The translations under genes were made by a program, and so were the position numbers. This document shows, one piece after another, positions 1 through 10,486 of a DNA stretch of 64,000 nt. Below the pieces are notes generated by a model, which worked only from the letters and a program-made list of their open reading frames with translations, searched no databases and was not told the DNA's origin. Within the stretch, counting starts at the first letter, position 1. Each line of letters begins with the position of its first letter. The stretch is taken from the NCBI GenBank assembly GCA_964291405.2, contig OZ219926.1, forward strand, positions 4,288,001 to 4,352,000. The letters are read 5' to 3'. This DNA is from Thermodesulfobacteriota bacterium (lineage in GTDB: Bacteria; Desulfobacterota; Binatia; Bin18).

Positions 1-116
1 TACCGCTGCGCGACTGCAACCGGGTCTCCGGCATCGCGCAGATCGACAAAATTCACCCCCTTCACCACGCGGCCTTCTTTCACATCCAGGCACGGAATAA
101 TGCGTTTGCTCAGCAT
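1..116 (-). CDS. hisF: Imidazole glycerol phosphate synthase subunit HisF, 5' part (runs off window)
   Basis: Manual translation from ATG at 116: [33 protein letters not shown], the canonical HisF N-terminus; follows hisH-hisA. Confidence 0.95.
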   Translation of the reverse strand, partial: MLSKRIIPCLDVKEGRVVKGVNFVDLRDAGDPVAVAQR

Positions 117-174
117 GCGCGCAGTGTCAGGCGTTTCCGGAAACCTGTCAAGAGAGGCGTAGCGCTCAACCGGT

Positions 175-1143
175 TCAACCCTGGACTGATGGTACGGAGG
201 AGACCGGGGAAGCGGCGAGGTCTGGCTGCGCTGACGCGGACGGCGCTGCGGTGTGGGCCGGCGCTTCTCCGGCAATGCTGTCTTCGGCCCAGATGATATT
301 CCGATAGTCGAGCCGCTGCGAATCGATGATGTTGAATTTAATCGCGTGGAAATAGGGCGACAGGTCGAAATCGCGCGGGGTAATCAGGGTGGGATGTCGC
401 CGCCGAAAGACGGGTCGCCCACGCGTGTCCTGTTCCTTGGCAAAGAGGCGGCGGTAAAAGGGTGGATGTGTCTCCTGAGAGTCGGGGGTGGACTCGACGT
501 GGGGCAGAATGGGAAAGCGGGCTTTACCAAAGGCCGAGGCAATCATGCTGGAACAGATGACCTGGGTTGGCAGCCCACTCCCAAAAGAGAGCGCCCGCCG
601 CCGGAACCGGCGCGGAACCAGACTGACCGGCAGGAAATAGCGTCCCAGGTCAAGGATATTCTGGAGATCATACGTATAGCCGAGCTGACTGATCACATCG
701 TCCAAAATAACCTGGCAGTCCTGAGGCTGGAGGTTGTACGGGCGACACAGGCGGATGTTGTACTCGACGTATTTCGACAGGGTGGACAGCACGACCCCTT
801 CCTCAACCAGCGCTTCCACCAACAGGAACTGGGCGTCGTCGCCAAAAGCGGTCCGGGCCTGCTCTGCCAGCGGATGGTTGCCGCGAATCAGCTCATCGCC
901 AATGTAGATGGCCGAGTGCGACCAGGAACTCTGGGTGAGATATTTAACGACCTCGCTAATGCGCTGAGAACCCTCCACCAGCAGGACATCCCCTTTGCGT
1001 ATCTGGCTCTTGAGCGCATCCAGATTGTTCGGAAAACGAATCGCATAGTTATTGAGGGGTGTGGTGAGCAGGGCGACGAACTGCTTGATAATCGCCTGGC
1101 GGAGGCGCCGAAGTGGGTGAAATGTGGGTATCGCTTGTGCCAT
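175..1143 (-). CDS. YiiX/YebB-like permuted papain-fold (NlpC/P60-like) protein
   Basis: [37 protein letters not shown] and [11 protein letters not shown] motifs; start MAQAIP chosen at 1143. Confidence 0.8.
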   Translation of the reverse strand: MAQAIPTFHPLRRLRQAIIKQFVALLTTPLNNYAIRFPNNLDALKSQIRKGDVLLVEGSQRISEVVKYLTQSSWSHSAIYIGDELIRGNHPLAEQARTAFGDDAQFLLVEALVEEGVVLSTLSKYVEYNIRLCRPYNLQPQDCQVILDDVISQLGYTYDLQNILDLGRYFLPVSLVPRRFRRRALSFGSGLPTQVICSSMIASAFGKARFPILPHVESTPDSQETHPPFYRRLFAKEQDTRGRPVFRRRHPTLITPRDFDLSPYFHAIKFNIIDSQRLDYRNIIWAEDSIAGEAPAHTAAPSASAQPDLAASPVSSVPSVQG

Positions 1144-1272
1144 TCCCTGCGTTCCCTCTCCATATTGTAGAGGAAGCGAGCCGGAGACGACAAGGGAACG
1201 TGTCGATGCCCGACACTTTAATTGTATGCTAGGATGACGTGGTGTGAAAACGCCCAGACGGAGCATGGTCTT

Positions 1273-1716
1273 ATGGCAGCCCAGACAACGTATCCGCGAC
1301 AAGTCAAAGAGGTGATGACCCGAGACGTGGTTGCGCTCAGGCCGCAGCAACCGTTTGCGCAGGCATTAGCGCTCCTGGCCCAGTATCGATTCCGGCATTT
1401 GCTGGTGACGGATGACAATGCCCGTTTGGCCGGAGTGATCTCTGACCGTGATCTGCTCCGCTGCATGAGCCGGGAGGCCGACCTTGAACGGGTCACGGTC
1501 GCCGACATTATGGGGTCTGCCGTGGTGACCGTGCAACCGGACACCACGCTGTCCGAAGCCGCCGCCCAGATGCTGAGCCGTCGTATTAACTGTCTGCCGG
1601 TGGTCGAGAACGACCGGGTCTGCGGTATTCTGACTTCGACCGACCTGCTCCAGGCCTTTCACAACCTCCAAACGCATATTGAACAGGGATCTGTCCCGGA
1701 CGCGCCACAGGAATGA
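1273..1716 (+). CDS. CBS domain pair protein
   Basis: VKEVMTRDVV..RHLLV..GVISDRDLL; ..INCLPVV..GILTSTDLL. Confidence 0.9.
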   Translation: MAAQTTYPRQVKEVMTRDVVALRPQQPFAQALALLAQYRFRHLLVTDDNARLAGVISDRDLLRCMSREADLERVTVADIMGSAVVTVQPDTTLSEAAAQMLSRRINCLPVVENDRVCGILTSTDLLQAFHNLQTHIEQGSVPDAPQE

Positions 1717-1743
1717 TCGCACGGGCCGTCCCGGGACAGCGTC

Positions 1744-2475
1744 TTATCCCTGGGCGGTGCCCAGCCGAATCGCTTCTCCCAACTGCACCCCTCCGGTGTA
1801 AAGCGCCCGCCCGATAATCACCCCCATGACCCCAAACGGTTCAAGGGGCAGAAGACGCTGAATATCGGCGGTACTCGCCACCCCTCCCGAGGCAATGACC
1901 GGGACGGAGACTGCCTGGGCCAGGGCGCCTGTGGCCTCATGATTCACGCCCTGCTGGGTCCCGTCGCGGCTGATATCCGTATAGACGATCTCATTCACCC
2001 CCTGGTTCTGACAGCGGAGCGCCAAGTCCGTGGCATCCAGGTCAGTCGTTTCTGTCCAGCCTTGCACGGCAACCCGACCGGCTCGGGCGTCAATGCCGAC
2101 TGTAATGCGACCGGGGAAACGGGCGCAGGCTTCCGCCACAAGAGCCGGCTGACGATGAGCCACCGTCCCCAGAATCGCGCGACTGACACCGAGCGAGAGA
2201 AGGCGCTCGAGCGTGGCGAGGCTGCGGATACCGCCCCCGACCTGAACCGGAATGCTCAGGGCCTGACAGATACGCTCAATCGCAGCGGTATTGACTGTAG
2301 TGCCGCTAACCGCCGCATCAAGGTCGACCACGTGTAGCCGCTGGGCTCCCTCCCGTTGCCAGCGCAGCGCGGTTTCGACCGGGTCGTCCGAGTAGACCGT
2401 GGCTTGGTCCATATCCCCCTGATAGAGGCGGACACACTGCCCGGCCTTCAGATCAATAGCCGGAATAATCAGCAT
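1744..2475 (-). CDS. hisA: ProFAR isomerase HisA
   Basis: MLIIPAIDLKAGQCVRLYQG, LHVVDLD, QVGGGIRS, YTDISRDG. Confidence 0.97.
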   Translation of the reverse strand: MLIIPAIDLKAGQCVRLYQGDMDQATVYSDDPVETALRWQREGAQRLHVVDLDAAVSGTTVNTAAIERICQALSIPVQVGGGIRSLATLERLLSLGVSRAILGTVAHRQPALVAEACARFPGRITVGIDARAGRVAVQGWTETTDLDATDLALRCQNQGVNEIVYTDISRDGTQQGVNHEATGALAQAVSVPVIASGGVASTADIQRLLPLEPFGVMGVIIGRALYTGGVQLGEAIRLGTAQG

Positions 2476-3140
2476 GACGACACTGAGCCAGCCGCAGCAC
2501 GGGACAGGCTGCCTGGACGATGCTCGCGAACGAGTTGGCCGAAATTGGCCAGAATTCTCAGACCAATCGTCTGGCTTTTTTCCGGATGAAACTGCGTGGC
2601 AAAGATATTCCCCGACCACACGCTGGAGGCAAACGGTCGTCCATACTCCGTGGTCGTGGCAATAATCGCGGGGTCATCCGGGACCGGATAGTACGAATGC
2701 ACGAAATACACGCTCGCGCCCTCGGCGACGCCGTTGAGATGGGGAGGGCGGTGTGTGATGCTGAGCTGATTCCAGCCCATGTGTGGAATTTTTTGTCCAG
2801 CCAGGGTGGTCGGATCAAACCGCACGATCTTGCCTTTCAGAATATCCAGCCCGCGGACCCGGCCAAACTCGACACTCTCCGAAAATAAAATCTGCATGCC
2901 CACACAGATGCCGAGAAACGGCGTGCCTTGCTCAACCACCCGGTGGACGGTATCGACCAGGCCACATTCGGCCAGGCCGTCCATGCATGCTCCAAACGCG
3001 CCCACTCCCGGCAGGACAACGCCGCTGGCGGCCTCAATCTGGGTAGCATCTCGGGTGACGCTTGCCGCATGGCCCATCTTTTCAAAGCCTTTTTGGACGC
3101 TCCGCAGATTGCCCATACCGTAATCAATAATCGCGATCAT
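2469..3140 (-). CDS. hisH: Imidazole glycerol phosphate synthase glutaminase subunit HisH
   Basis: IDYGMGNLRSV, LPGVGAF, GICVGMQ, QFHPEKS. Confidence 0.97.
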   Translation of the reverse strand: MIAIIDYGMGNLRSVQKGFEKMGHAASVTRDATQIEAASGVVLPGVGAFGACMDGLAECGLVDTVHRVVEQGTPFLGICVGMQILFSESVEFGRVRGLDILKGKIVRFDPTTLAGQKIPHMGWNQLSITHRPPHLNGVAEGASVYFVHSYYPVPDDPAIIATTTEYGRPFASSVWSGNIFATQFHPEKSQTIGLRILANFGQLVREHRPGSLSRAAAGSVSSC

Positions 3141-3293
3141 AGTGGACGGCCATTATTCCCGCCGGACTAGCGGGAATCAAGGGACTACGGGGCACCTGTT
3201 CGCCGCCCGTGCCCCCTGAAAAAACATAAAAAAGTGCATTTTGTCGCAGAAGATACGGAAGATGCCCAGGCTCGAACCTTCTTGATTTATTCA

Positions 3294-3331
3294 AACATTC
3301 TTATATAAGATAGTTATTATATAAGAATGTT
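3294..3331. promoter_or_regulatory. Perfect 15-bp inverted repeat, probable operator of the downstream ArsR-family regulator
   Basis: AACATTCTTATATAA-N8-TTATATAAGAATGTT in AT-rich DNA ~85 bp upstream of the ArsR gene. Confidence 0.6.
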
Positions 3332-3416
3332 GGGGGGGACCAAGTCTTGAAAGCGATGTCCCCCATTTTTCTCAGGCTTCCCCGAAGAAGTGTAGGGAGA
3401 AAGCAATGAGGCCATA

Positions 3417-4094
3417 ATGGAAGAAACCAACAAACAGCTCTCAGAGGCCATCTTCGAACAGATTGCACGGATCGGAAAAGCTGTCTCGAATCCTAAACGG
3501 TTGGAGATCTTGGAACTCCTCAGCCAGGCCCCACGGACGGTCGAAGCGTTGGCTCAAGCAGCACATCTGAGCCAAGCGAATACCTCACAGCATCTTCAGG
3601 TCTTGCGGAATTCGCGGCTGGTCGAAGCGAAACGCGACGGGACCTCGGTCTGGTATCGCCTCACCGATGAAACGGTTGCCGATTTTTTCCGGACATTACG
3701 GGTCTTGGCCGTCACGCATCTGGCGGAACTCGATCGTATCGTCAGTCAATATTTTACCGGGCAAGCCAACTTAGAACCGGTCGATCAAAAAACCCTGCTC
3801 CAGCGTGTCCGCAAGGGCGAGGTGACCGTCGTTGATGTTCGCCCCCAGGAAGAGTACCAGGCGGGACATATTCCTGGGGCAATCTCCGTCCCTCTCGAGG
3901 AACTCGAAGACCGCCTCGCTGAGCTGCCGCAGGACCGAGAGGTCGTTGCCTACTGTCGTGGCCCGTATTGTGTCTGGTCAGGTCAGGCCGTGCAGGTCTT
4001 ACAGAATCATGGGTTTCAGGCCAGACATCTGCCCGATGGCGTGTTGGATTGGCGGGCACGCGGGTTTCGTGTTTCAGCCGGAGACAAACCGTAG
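3417..4094 (+). CDS. ArsR/SmtB-family regulator fused to a rhodanese domain
   Basis: KAVSNPKRLEILELL..SQHLQVLR wHTH; VVDVRP.EEYQAGHIPGA and YCRGPYC rhodanese motifs. Confidence 0.92.
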   Translation: MEETNKQLSEAIFEQIARIGKAVSNPKRLEILELLSQAPRTVEALAQAAHLSQANTSQHLQVLRNSRLVEAKRDGTSVWYRLTDETVADFFRTLRVLAVTHLAELDRIVSQYFTGQANLEPVDQKTLLQRVRKGEVTVVDVRPQEEYQAGHIPGAISVPLEELEDRLAELPQDREVVAYCRGPYCVWSGQAVQVLQNHGFQARHLPDGVLDWRARGFRVSAGDKP

Positions 4095-4114
4095 GCAGAA
4101 AGAGAATAGTGCAG

Positions 4115-4753
4115 ATGAAGATGCGCAACTGTGGACGGGTCTCCCTTCTCCTCACGTTGTTCCTCATCGTCCCGCAGCAAGCAGCGGCGACCACTGCCCT
4201 CTATTCACTGAGTTATGGGGCGCGCTCTGCAGGCATGGCCGGCGCGACATCAGCCTCTGGCGGCGACGCGCTCAACCAATTCCTCAATCCAGCCAATCTT
4301 TCATTTCTCCCCAAGCGGCTTGTTGAGCTCGGCTTTTCCTGGATTGGCTGGGGCACAGAAGATCCTTTTCAGACGTTCCAGGTCAAGTTGGATACTCCCC
4401 CAGACGGCTTCCCGAGCACGTTAGCAGCTCCTATTCAGTGGGATGATCAGTATATCTACCGGATCGGTACAGAATACGAACTCACGTCGGACCTGACGCT
4501 ACGTGCTGGATATAGCTACGCCTCGAATCCGGTCAGCGCACCAGGCGCCTTTCTCACGCTCCCAGCCTATGGATTTCAAACGCTCGCTGTGGGAATGACC
4601 TGGGAAATGACGGAAAACTGGGACATCTCGCTGGCATTCGAACGGGCCTTTCCCATCTCTGTGAAAACACGCGCCGGCACTATCGATGTTTTCTATGCCA
4701 ACTCTCAAGAGGATCACAATCAGTATTCCGCTCAACTTGGTTAGTCTTTTTAG
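4115..4753 (+). pseudogene. FadL/OmpP1-family outer-membrane transporter, internally deleted, with premature stop at 4742
   Basis: Signal peptide + GARSAGMAGA..NPANL N-terminus joined to WDDQYIYRIGTEY..LTLRAGYSY C-terminal strands in only ~210 aa; ends QLG*SF*. Confidence 0.7.
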
Positions 4754-4776
4754 CGCTCTGGGGAAGGAGATTTTCA

Positions 4777-6504
4777 ATGAACACGGCAAATCATGAGCGA
4801 GAAAAAATCATTTTGGCGGCGGTGTCGGGAGTCTCTATGTTAATGGCAAGATTGATCGTATGGCTGTTGGTAACCTTGCTCAGCATCTCCAGTCACAGCG
4901 CTTGGGCACAGAGTGAGCCTGACCACCACGCTTCCCCAGCAACTACCGCAGCTACCTCGCCCGAGCAGCTCGGGGAGGTTCACTTTCGCGTCTCGTGCAA
5001 TGTTGTTGCGCAACAGGAGTTCAATCGGGCGATGGCGATGTTTCACTCCTTCTGGTTCGAACCGGCGAAGCACTCCTTCACCAAGGTCCTGGAACACGAC
5101 CCCGAGTGCGGGATGGCGTATTGGGGCATTGCCATCATGTCGATGGGCAATCCTTTCGGCTGGTCCATCAATACGAACGCGCCGAAGGCAGGGGAAGCGG
5201 CCATGGCGGAGGCACTGCGCGTGAGCGCCAAGAGCGAGCGTGAACGCGACTATATTGCGGCGCTGGCCACGCTCTTTACAGAATGGCAGACGGTGGACTA
5301 TCGGTCGCGAGTGCTGGCCTTCGAAAAGGGCATGGAGGGTGTGGCGACACGCTATCCCGAGGATGACGAGGCGCAGATCTTGTACGCGCTCGTGCTCAAC
5401 ATGACCGCCGTGCCTACCGACAAAACCTTCGCTCACCAGCTTAAGGCCGCAAGCATCCTGGAGCCCTTGTTCAAGCAACACCCACACCATCCGGGTATTG
5501 CCCACTACCTGATCCACACATACGACTATGCCGGGCTGGCTGAGAAGGGGCTGCCCGCTGCCCGCGTCTACGCCACCGTCGCGCCTTCAGTGCCACACGC
5601 GTTGCATATGCCCTCACATATTTTCAGCCGGGTTGGTCTCTGGCCGGAAATGGTCGAGAGCAATCGTGCTTCGTACCGTGCGGCGAAGAATCAACTCTCC
5701 GGGCAAACCCTTGGGCTCGGCTCATACGATGCGCTACATGCCATGGATTACATGGTGTTTGGCCATCTTCAGCAAGCGCAGGATAAGGCGGCGAAGCGCC
5801 TGGTGGATGAGGTTGCGGCGATACGCAAGGTCAAGGTGGAAGACTTTTCGGCCGCCTACGCCTTTGCCGCGATTCCCTCTCGCTATGCGTTAGAGCGCGG
5901 CGATTGGCAGCAGGCAGCGGCGCTCCAACTCAGCCCACGCGAGATGGCTTGGGACAAGTTCCCTCATGCGGAGGCCATTCTAGTCTTTGCTCGCGGCTTG
6001 GGTGCGGCGCGCAGTGGAGAGGTTACGGCGGCGCGCAAGGATGTGGAGCGATTGCAGGCGCTTAAGGACGTAATGACGGCAGCCAAGATCGACTACTGGG
6101 CGAACCAGACGGACTTTCAAATCAAGACGATTCTTGCCTGGACCGCCCTGGCGGAGAAGCGTGATGAGGAAGCGATTCAGTTAATGCGCACCGCCGCCGA
6201 AGCAGAAGAGGCCAGTGATAAAGCGCCGGTGACTCCGGGGAATGTTGTCCCTTTACGGGGACTGCTGGGCGAGATGCTCTTAGCGCTCAACCAACCGGCG
6301 CAAGCGTTCACCGAATTCGAGCGCTCCTTGCAACGTGACCCTAACCGTTTCCGAGTCGTGTACAGTGCCAGTCGCGCTGCCGAAGCAGCCGGCAACCGCC
6401 AGGCGGCCCGCGAGCATTACGCCAAGTTGCAGACGCTGGCCGCTGATCATGATACCGAACGTCCGGAACTCGCGCAGGCCACCGCATTTCTGGCAAAGCC
6501 ATGA
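4777..6504 (+). CDS. Secreted TPR-like alpha-helical protein
   Basis: Signal peptide; LGEVHF..SC..FNRAMAMFHSFW, HPGIAHYLIHTYD, HALHMPSHIF motifs of a widespread TPR family. Confidence 0.8.
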   Translation: MNTANHEREKIILAAVSGVSMLMARLIVWLLVTLLSISSHSAWAQSEPDHHASPATTAATSPEQLGEVHFRVSCNVVAQQEFNRAMAMFHSFWFEPAKHSFTKVLEHDPECGMAYWGIAIMSMGNPFGWSINTNAPKAGEAAMAEALRVSAKSERERDYIAALATLFTEWQTVDYRSRVLAFEKGMEGVATRYPEDDEAQILYALVLNMTAVPTDKTFAHQLKAASILEPLFKQHPHHPGIAHYLIHTYDYAGLAEKGLPAARVYATVAPSVPHALHMPSHIFSRVGLWPEMVESNRASYRAAKNQLSGQTLGLGSYDALHAMDYMVFGHLQQAQDKAAKRLVDEVAAIRKVKVEDFSAAYAFAAIPSRYALERGDWQQAAALQLSPREMAWDKFPHAEAILVFARGLGAARSGEVTAARKDVERLQALKDVMTAAKIDYWANQTDFQIKTILAWTALAEKRDEEAIQLMRTAAEAEEASDKAPVTPGNVVPLRGLLGEMLLALNQPAQAFTEFERSLQRDPNRFRVVYSASRAAEAAGNRQAAREHYAKLQTLAADHDTERPELAQATAFLAKP

Positions 6505-6638
6505 TTATGAGTGGCCCAGATCGTGGAGCAAGCGGGATCTGGATGGGGTGAAATCGAGGAATAGACGCAGGCGCGTTTCTTCAATGTCCATCCCGCCATC
6601 GTCTCGCGCCTGATGGCGCGGGAACGAAGAGAAGCTTA

Positions 6639-7874
6639 ATGCGGAGCCTTACGGCGCGCCTGCGGTGTCGCCTCGTGAAGGGACTACGGAAGTCTGTGGG
6701 ATGCGTCAGCGTCACCGCCGTACTGGTGCATGCGCTCGGCGCGATGAGCACCGCCTACTCGTTTTGGGACCCTGAAAAAGAGCCCCCCGGAGGGGCATTT
6801 AAGGGATTCCAAGTGCAGAATCCCTTGTTCCATCCGGGCCTGGTGGACTTTCATCAACGAGTGAACGACGGTGGCGAGACGACGAAGCTCGCGCTGTGGA
6901 CTCCGGTCTTTCGCGGCGGTGTGGGCCGCATCGATCTGAAACATGGGCCACCCCTCACCTATGGGGGCGGATTCCTTCGTGCGTTGGCCGCCGCTCCAGA
7001 CGCGGGCGATCTCATTCTCGCTGCTCAGACTGTCAGTGGCACGGGAGTGGAGGCGTGGGAAGCCCAGGGTGAATACCGCCTCCCCACCGGCGTCCTGCTT
7101 CCTGGCTCGCTTGGAGTTGGTGGCGGCTATGTCTCACAAGATCGCTTCGGCCCCGATATGTGGTTTGCCAAGCTCTCGTATCGCGACGCACTGGAGTATG
7201 GGTGGCAAACGATTGCCTCGGCACAACTCCAAGAGGTTGGACAGAGAACCTCGCCTGGTGGCTACCTCGCCCTGTACAACACTCGCCTGATGTTCACGGG
7301 CGGCACGGACGGTGAGCAATGGCGCACTACGGTAGGCTACGTTCACCCCGCGACAGGCAGACAATTCCGTCCGGCATTTGAATTCTTCTACGTGGATGAG
7401 ACGATTGGCGATGGCAATGGTGGGAAGTTCCTACTGGCGACCGCGACGCTGGGCTACGAAGGGTGGGGCTTTCTCAGCCACGACAGCCGACTTGGTCGGG
7501 CCTTAGGCCCTCAAGGACTGGCATTCACCAACCCCAACGGATTTCTGCAACCCATGTGGAATCGTTTGTTCGACGTGACCGAGGTGGGGGGACTGCTGAA
7601 TGGCCGCGTGACGGAGATTCGCGACGCGGCTGGAATCACCAACCGCGAGTGGCAACTGATTGGGTTTCCATTCCAGTTCGCTTCGGGAAGAAGCTGGTAC
7701 GATTGGCTTTTCATTGGCGGTGGCCTTCGTCAGATGACGAGACAGCCGGATGCGCCCTATCTCATCGGCGGGGCGATCGGCCGACTCGGAGCGGTTCGCA
7801 CCTTAGCCGGGGGGCATTGGGATTTTGAGAGGGACGAAGCCCGACTCCTCCTGACTGTCCAATATTTTCTTTAG
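6639..7874 (+). CDS. Hypothetical protein, probable outer-membrane beta-barrel
   Basis: 411-aa ORF, Gly/aromatic-rich alternating strands, C-terminus LLLTVQYFL; start uncertain. Confidence 0.6.
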   Translation: MRSLTARLRCRLVKGLRKSVGCVSVTAVLVHALGAMSTAYSFWDPEKEPPGGAFKGFQVQNPLFHPGLVDFHQRVNDGGETTKLALWTPVFRGGVGRIDLKHGPPLTYGGGFLRALAAAPDAGDLILAAQTVSGTGVEAWEAQGEYRLPTGVLLPGSLGVGGGYVSQDRFGPDMWFAKLSYRDALEYGWQTIASAQLQEVGQRTSPGGYLALYNTRLMFTGGTDGEQWRTTVGYVHPATGRQFRPAFEFFYVDETIGDGNGGKFLLATATLGYEGWGFLSHDSRLGRALGPQGLAFTNPNGFLQPMWNRLFDVTEVGGLLNGRVTEIRDAAGITNREWQLIGFPFQFASGRSWYDWLFIGGGLRQMTRQPDAPYLIGGAIGRLGAVRTLAGGHWDFERDEARLLLTVQYFL

Positions 7875-8237
7875 GTTCCTCTTTTGCCGTATCGAGAGCA
7901 CGAGGCAATGGCTGAAAATTCCTGTGATACTGTTGGTCAATGTTCGCCAAACCGTAGGTTTCTGTGCAAATGCCCCCGCTGGTCCATTTGGGGGGACAGG
8001 CGTGGTGTGAGGATGCTATGGGCGCTTCTGGATACATACCGTGCGCAGGAAGAAGGGACGACGCAGAGAACTCCGCCACGGATAGAGGAAGGGAAAGTGG
8101 AGTGTGTAGTGGAGGACTTCCCCATGCCAGGACAGGCCACCACTCTGGCGTGGCAACAGAGTAGCCAGAATTTCGTCATTACCGACGTGGAGTAAAAAGA
8201 TATAGGCGGTAGGCTTAGACAATGCTTGGTTTCTCTT

Positions 8238-8252
8238 GATTGCAATGCAATC
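8238..8252. promoter_or_regulatory. Palindrome, probable RHH antitoxin autoregulatory operator
   Basis: GATTGCA-A-TGCAATC ~40 bp upstream of the FitA-like ORF. Confidence 0.5.
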
Positions 8253-8290
8253 GTATCGTAATCTCTGCCTAATCCAATTGGAGGGGTGAC

Positions 8291-8380
8291 ATGGCCAGCA
8301 TTACGATTCGCAATCTCGAAGACGAGCTAAAACGCCAGCTCAGAATCCAGGCAGCGCGGCACGGCCAATCAATGGAAGAG
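8291..8380 (+). pseudogene. FitA-like ribbon-helix-helix antitoxin remnant, no toxin partner
   Basis: MASITIRNLEDELKRQLRIQAARHGQSMEE, then similarity stops and the ORF runs into the next gene. Confidence 0.7.
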
Positions 8381-8462
8381 AAAGCTCTGGCCTTGAGGCT
8401 CCGGGCGAAAACCGATAGGTGTCCACGTAGCCCGCAGAAGCGGGAGCTGAAGGAGGAAGCCT

Positions 8463-9539
8463 ATGAAAGCCGGAGTCTTTATGATGCCCTCACACCCACC
8501 CGAAAGGGACCTCTACGAGGGCCATGCCTGGGACCTGCAACACCTGGAGTTTGTTGATCGCGTCGGCTTTCACGAGGCATGGATAGGCGAACATTTCACC
8601 GCCCCCTGGGAACCCAACCCCGCCCCGGATTTGCTCATTGCCCAGGCCCTCCTGCGCACCCAGCGCATAAAACTCTGTCCCGGCGCTCATCTCCTGCCGT
8701 ATCATCATCCGGTTGAGCTGGCCCACCGGGTGGCTTTTCTGGACCATATGGCCCAGGGCCGCTTCATGCTGGGGGTCGGAACGAGTGGCCTGCCGAGCGA
8801 TTGGAAGCTGTTCAATGTGGACGGTGCGGCCGGAGAAAATCGGCGTATGACGCTGGAGGCGCTCAATATCATGCTCCGGCTGTGGCAGAGCGAAGAGCCG
8901 TTTGAATATCAGGGTGAGTTCTGGTCGTTCAACCGTATTGACACCATGCTCGACTCCCTCAAGTTTCACCTCAAACCTTTCCAAAGCCCTCACCCGCCGA
9001 TCGGTATCGCCGGCCTCACCCCAGGTTCGGATACCCTGAAATTCGCTGGTGAGAACGGCTTCCTGCCCCTCAGCATTGCGCTGAGCAACAGCTATCTCAA
9101 CACCCATTGGCAGGCCGTGGTCGAAGGCGCCGAGCGGTCCGGCGTCACGCCATCCCGTAGCGACTGGCGCATCTCGCGCGAGGTCTATATCGCCGAGACC
9201 GACCAAGAGGCGCGCGAGCAAGCCCTGAACGGCATGCTGGGCCGGGTGTGGGGCGAGTATTTGCTGCCGCTCTTCAAGTCGTTCGAGATGATGAGCCTGT
9301 TCAAGCACCACCCCGAAGTCCCGGATTCCGACGTGACCCTGGAATACCTGGCCGACTATGTGTGGCTGGTTGGCTCGCCGCAAACCGTGACCCAAAAGCT
9401 GAGCGATATGTACGAACAAACCGGCGGCTTCGGTTGCCTGCTGGCCCTGACCTTCGACCAGTCGGAAAACAACGAAGCCTGGGAGAACTCGCAGCGCATG
9501 CTGATTGAAGACGTGCTGCCCCACTTTGCAGACGCGTAA
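8463..9539 (+). CDS. LLM-class flavin-dependent oxidoreductase
   Basis: GFHEAWIGEHF, LLPYHHPVELAHRVAFLDHMAQGRF, PFQSPHPPI. Confidence 0.92.
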   Translation: MKAGVFMMPSHPPERDLYEGHAWDLQHLEFVDRVGFHEAWIGEHFTAPWEPNPAPDLLIAQALLRTQRIKLCPGAHLLPYHHPVELAHRVAFLDHMAQGRFMLGVGTSGLPSDWKLFNVDGAAGENRRMTLEALNIMLRLWQSEEPFEYQGEFWSFNRIDTMLDSLKFHLKPFQSPHPPIGIAGLTPGSDTLKFAGENGFLPLSIALSNSYLNTHWQAVVEGAERSGVTPSRSDWRISREVYIAETDQEAREQALNGMLGRVWGEYLLPLFKSFEMMSLFKHHPEVPDSDVTLEYLADYVWLVGSPQTVTQKLSDMYEQTGGFGCLLALTFDQSENNEAWENSQRMLIEDVLPHFADA

Positions 9540-9567
9540 CTGAAGCTCGCGGAGAGAACCCAAAAGA

Positions 9568-10434
9568 ATGGTGGCCGCTTCGCAAACTGACCCGACCCCG
9601 ACGATCGACTCGCAGGTCCATGCCTATGAACGTGACCACCCGGAGCGGCCGTGGAGGAGGACATTGCCCGGCCCATCCGAGGTTACGGGTGATGACATGG
9701 TTGCCGCGATGGATGCCGTTGGTGTTGACGGGTCCCTGTTGGTCTCGCCGTGGACCCTGTACCGTTTCGATGCGAGTTATGTGCTTGAAGTGTATGCCAG
9801 GCATCCCGGCCGGTTCGGCCTGATCAAACCGTTCGATCCCCGGATAGAAACCGTTAGCGACGAGATTGCCGAATGGGCGGCAAGGCCGGGGGTGGTTGGA
9901 GCGCGCATCATGCTGATGGGTGACGCGGCCGCTGACGATCCGGGTCTGAACCGGATATTGGCGGCTGGTGCGCGGCACGGCCTCCCGGTGAACGTGCTGT
10001 GTTGGGGAAAACTCCCGCTCTTGGGTGAACTGGCTCGCAGGAACCCGAACACTCAGGTGGTCGTGGATCACGTGGGCCTCCGGCAGCCCTTCCAGCCTCC
10101 TGCTCTGCCAGAGCCCTTTGCCGATCTCGGCAAGGTCATCGCCCTTGCCGAGCATGACAATGTCGCCATCAAGATTTCCGGGGCGTGCACCCTGTCGCAC
10201 GAGCCATTTCCCTACGCCGACATCTGGGAGCCCCTGGGACAGATCTTCGAGGCGTACGGCTTTGAGCGCTGCCTGTGGGGCACGGACTGGACCCGGGCGG
10301 TCGGGTTGCTGACCTACGAGCAAGGTGTCGAGGCGTTCCGGGTCACCGACCAGTTGTCCGACTCCGAGCGAGCCGCGCTCATGGGCGGCAGCCTCGCCCG
10401 CATCTATAACTGGTCGCCCACGGTTGCACGCTGA
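9568..10434 (+). CDS. Amidohydrolase family protein (amidohydro_2)
   Basis: IDSQVHAY, VVDHVG, KISG, CLWGTDW. Confidence 0.9.
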   Translation: MVAASQTDPTPTIDSQVHAYERDHPERPWRRTLPGPSEVTGDDMVAAMDAVGVDGSLLVSPWTLYRFDASYVLEVYARHPGRFGLIKPFDPRIETVSDEIAEWAARPGVVGARIMLMGDAAADDPGLNRILAAGARHGLPVNVLCWGKLPLLGELARRNPNTQVVVDHVGLRQPFQPPALPEPFADLGKVIALAEHDNVAIKISGACTLSHEPFPYADIWEPLGQIFEAYGFERCLWGTDWTRAVGLLTYEQGVEAFRVTDQLSDSERAALMGGSLARIYNWSPTVAR

Positions 10435-10486
10435 TCAGCCCCATTACGCATACTCTGGAAAACCATTCCAAAGAAAAGGAGAAGAT

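Noticed and set aside
7884-8245. Short ORFs between the beta-barrel gene and the fitA-like remnant
   Set aside because: No motif, no clear RBS, conflicting frames
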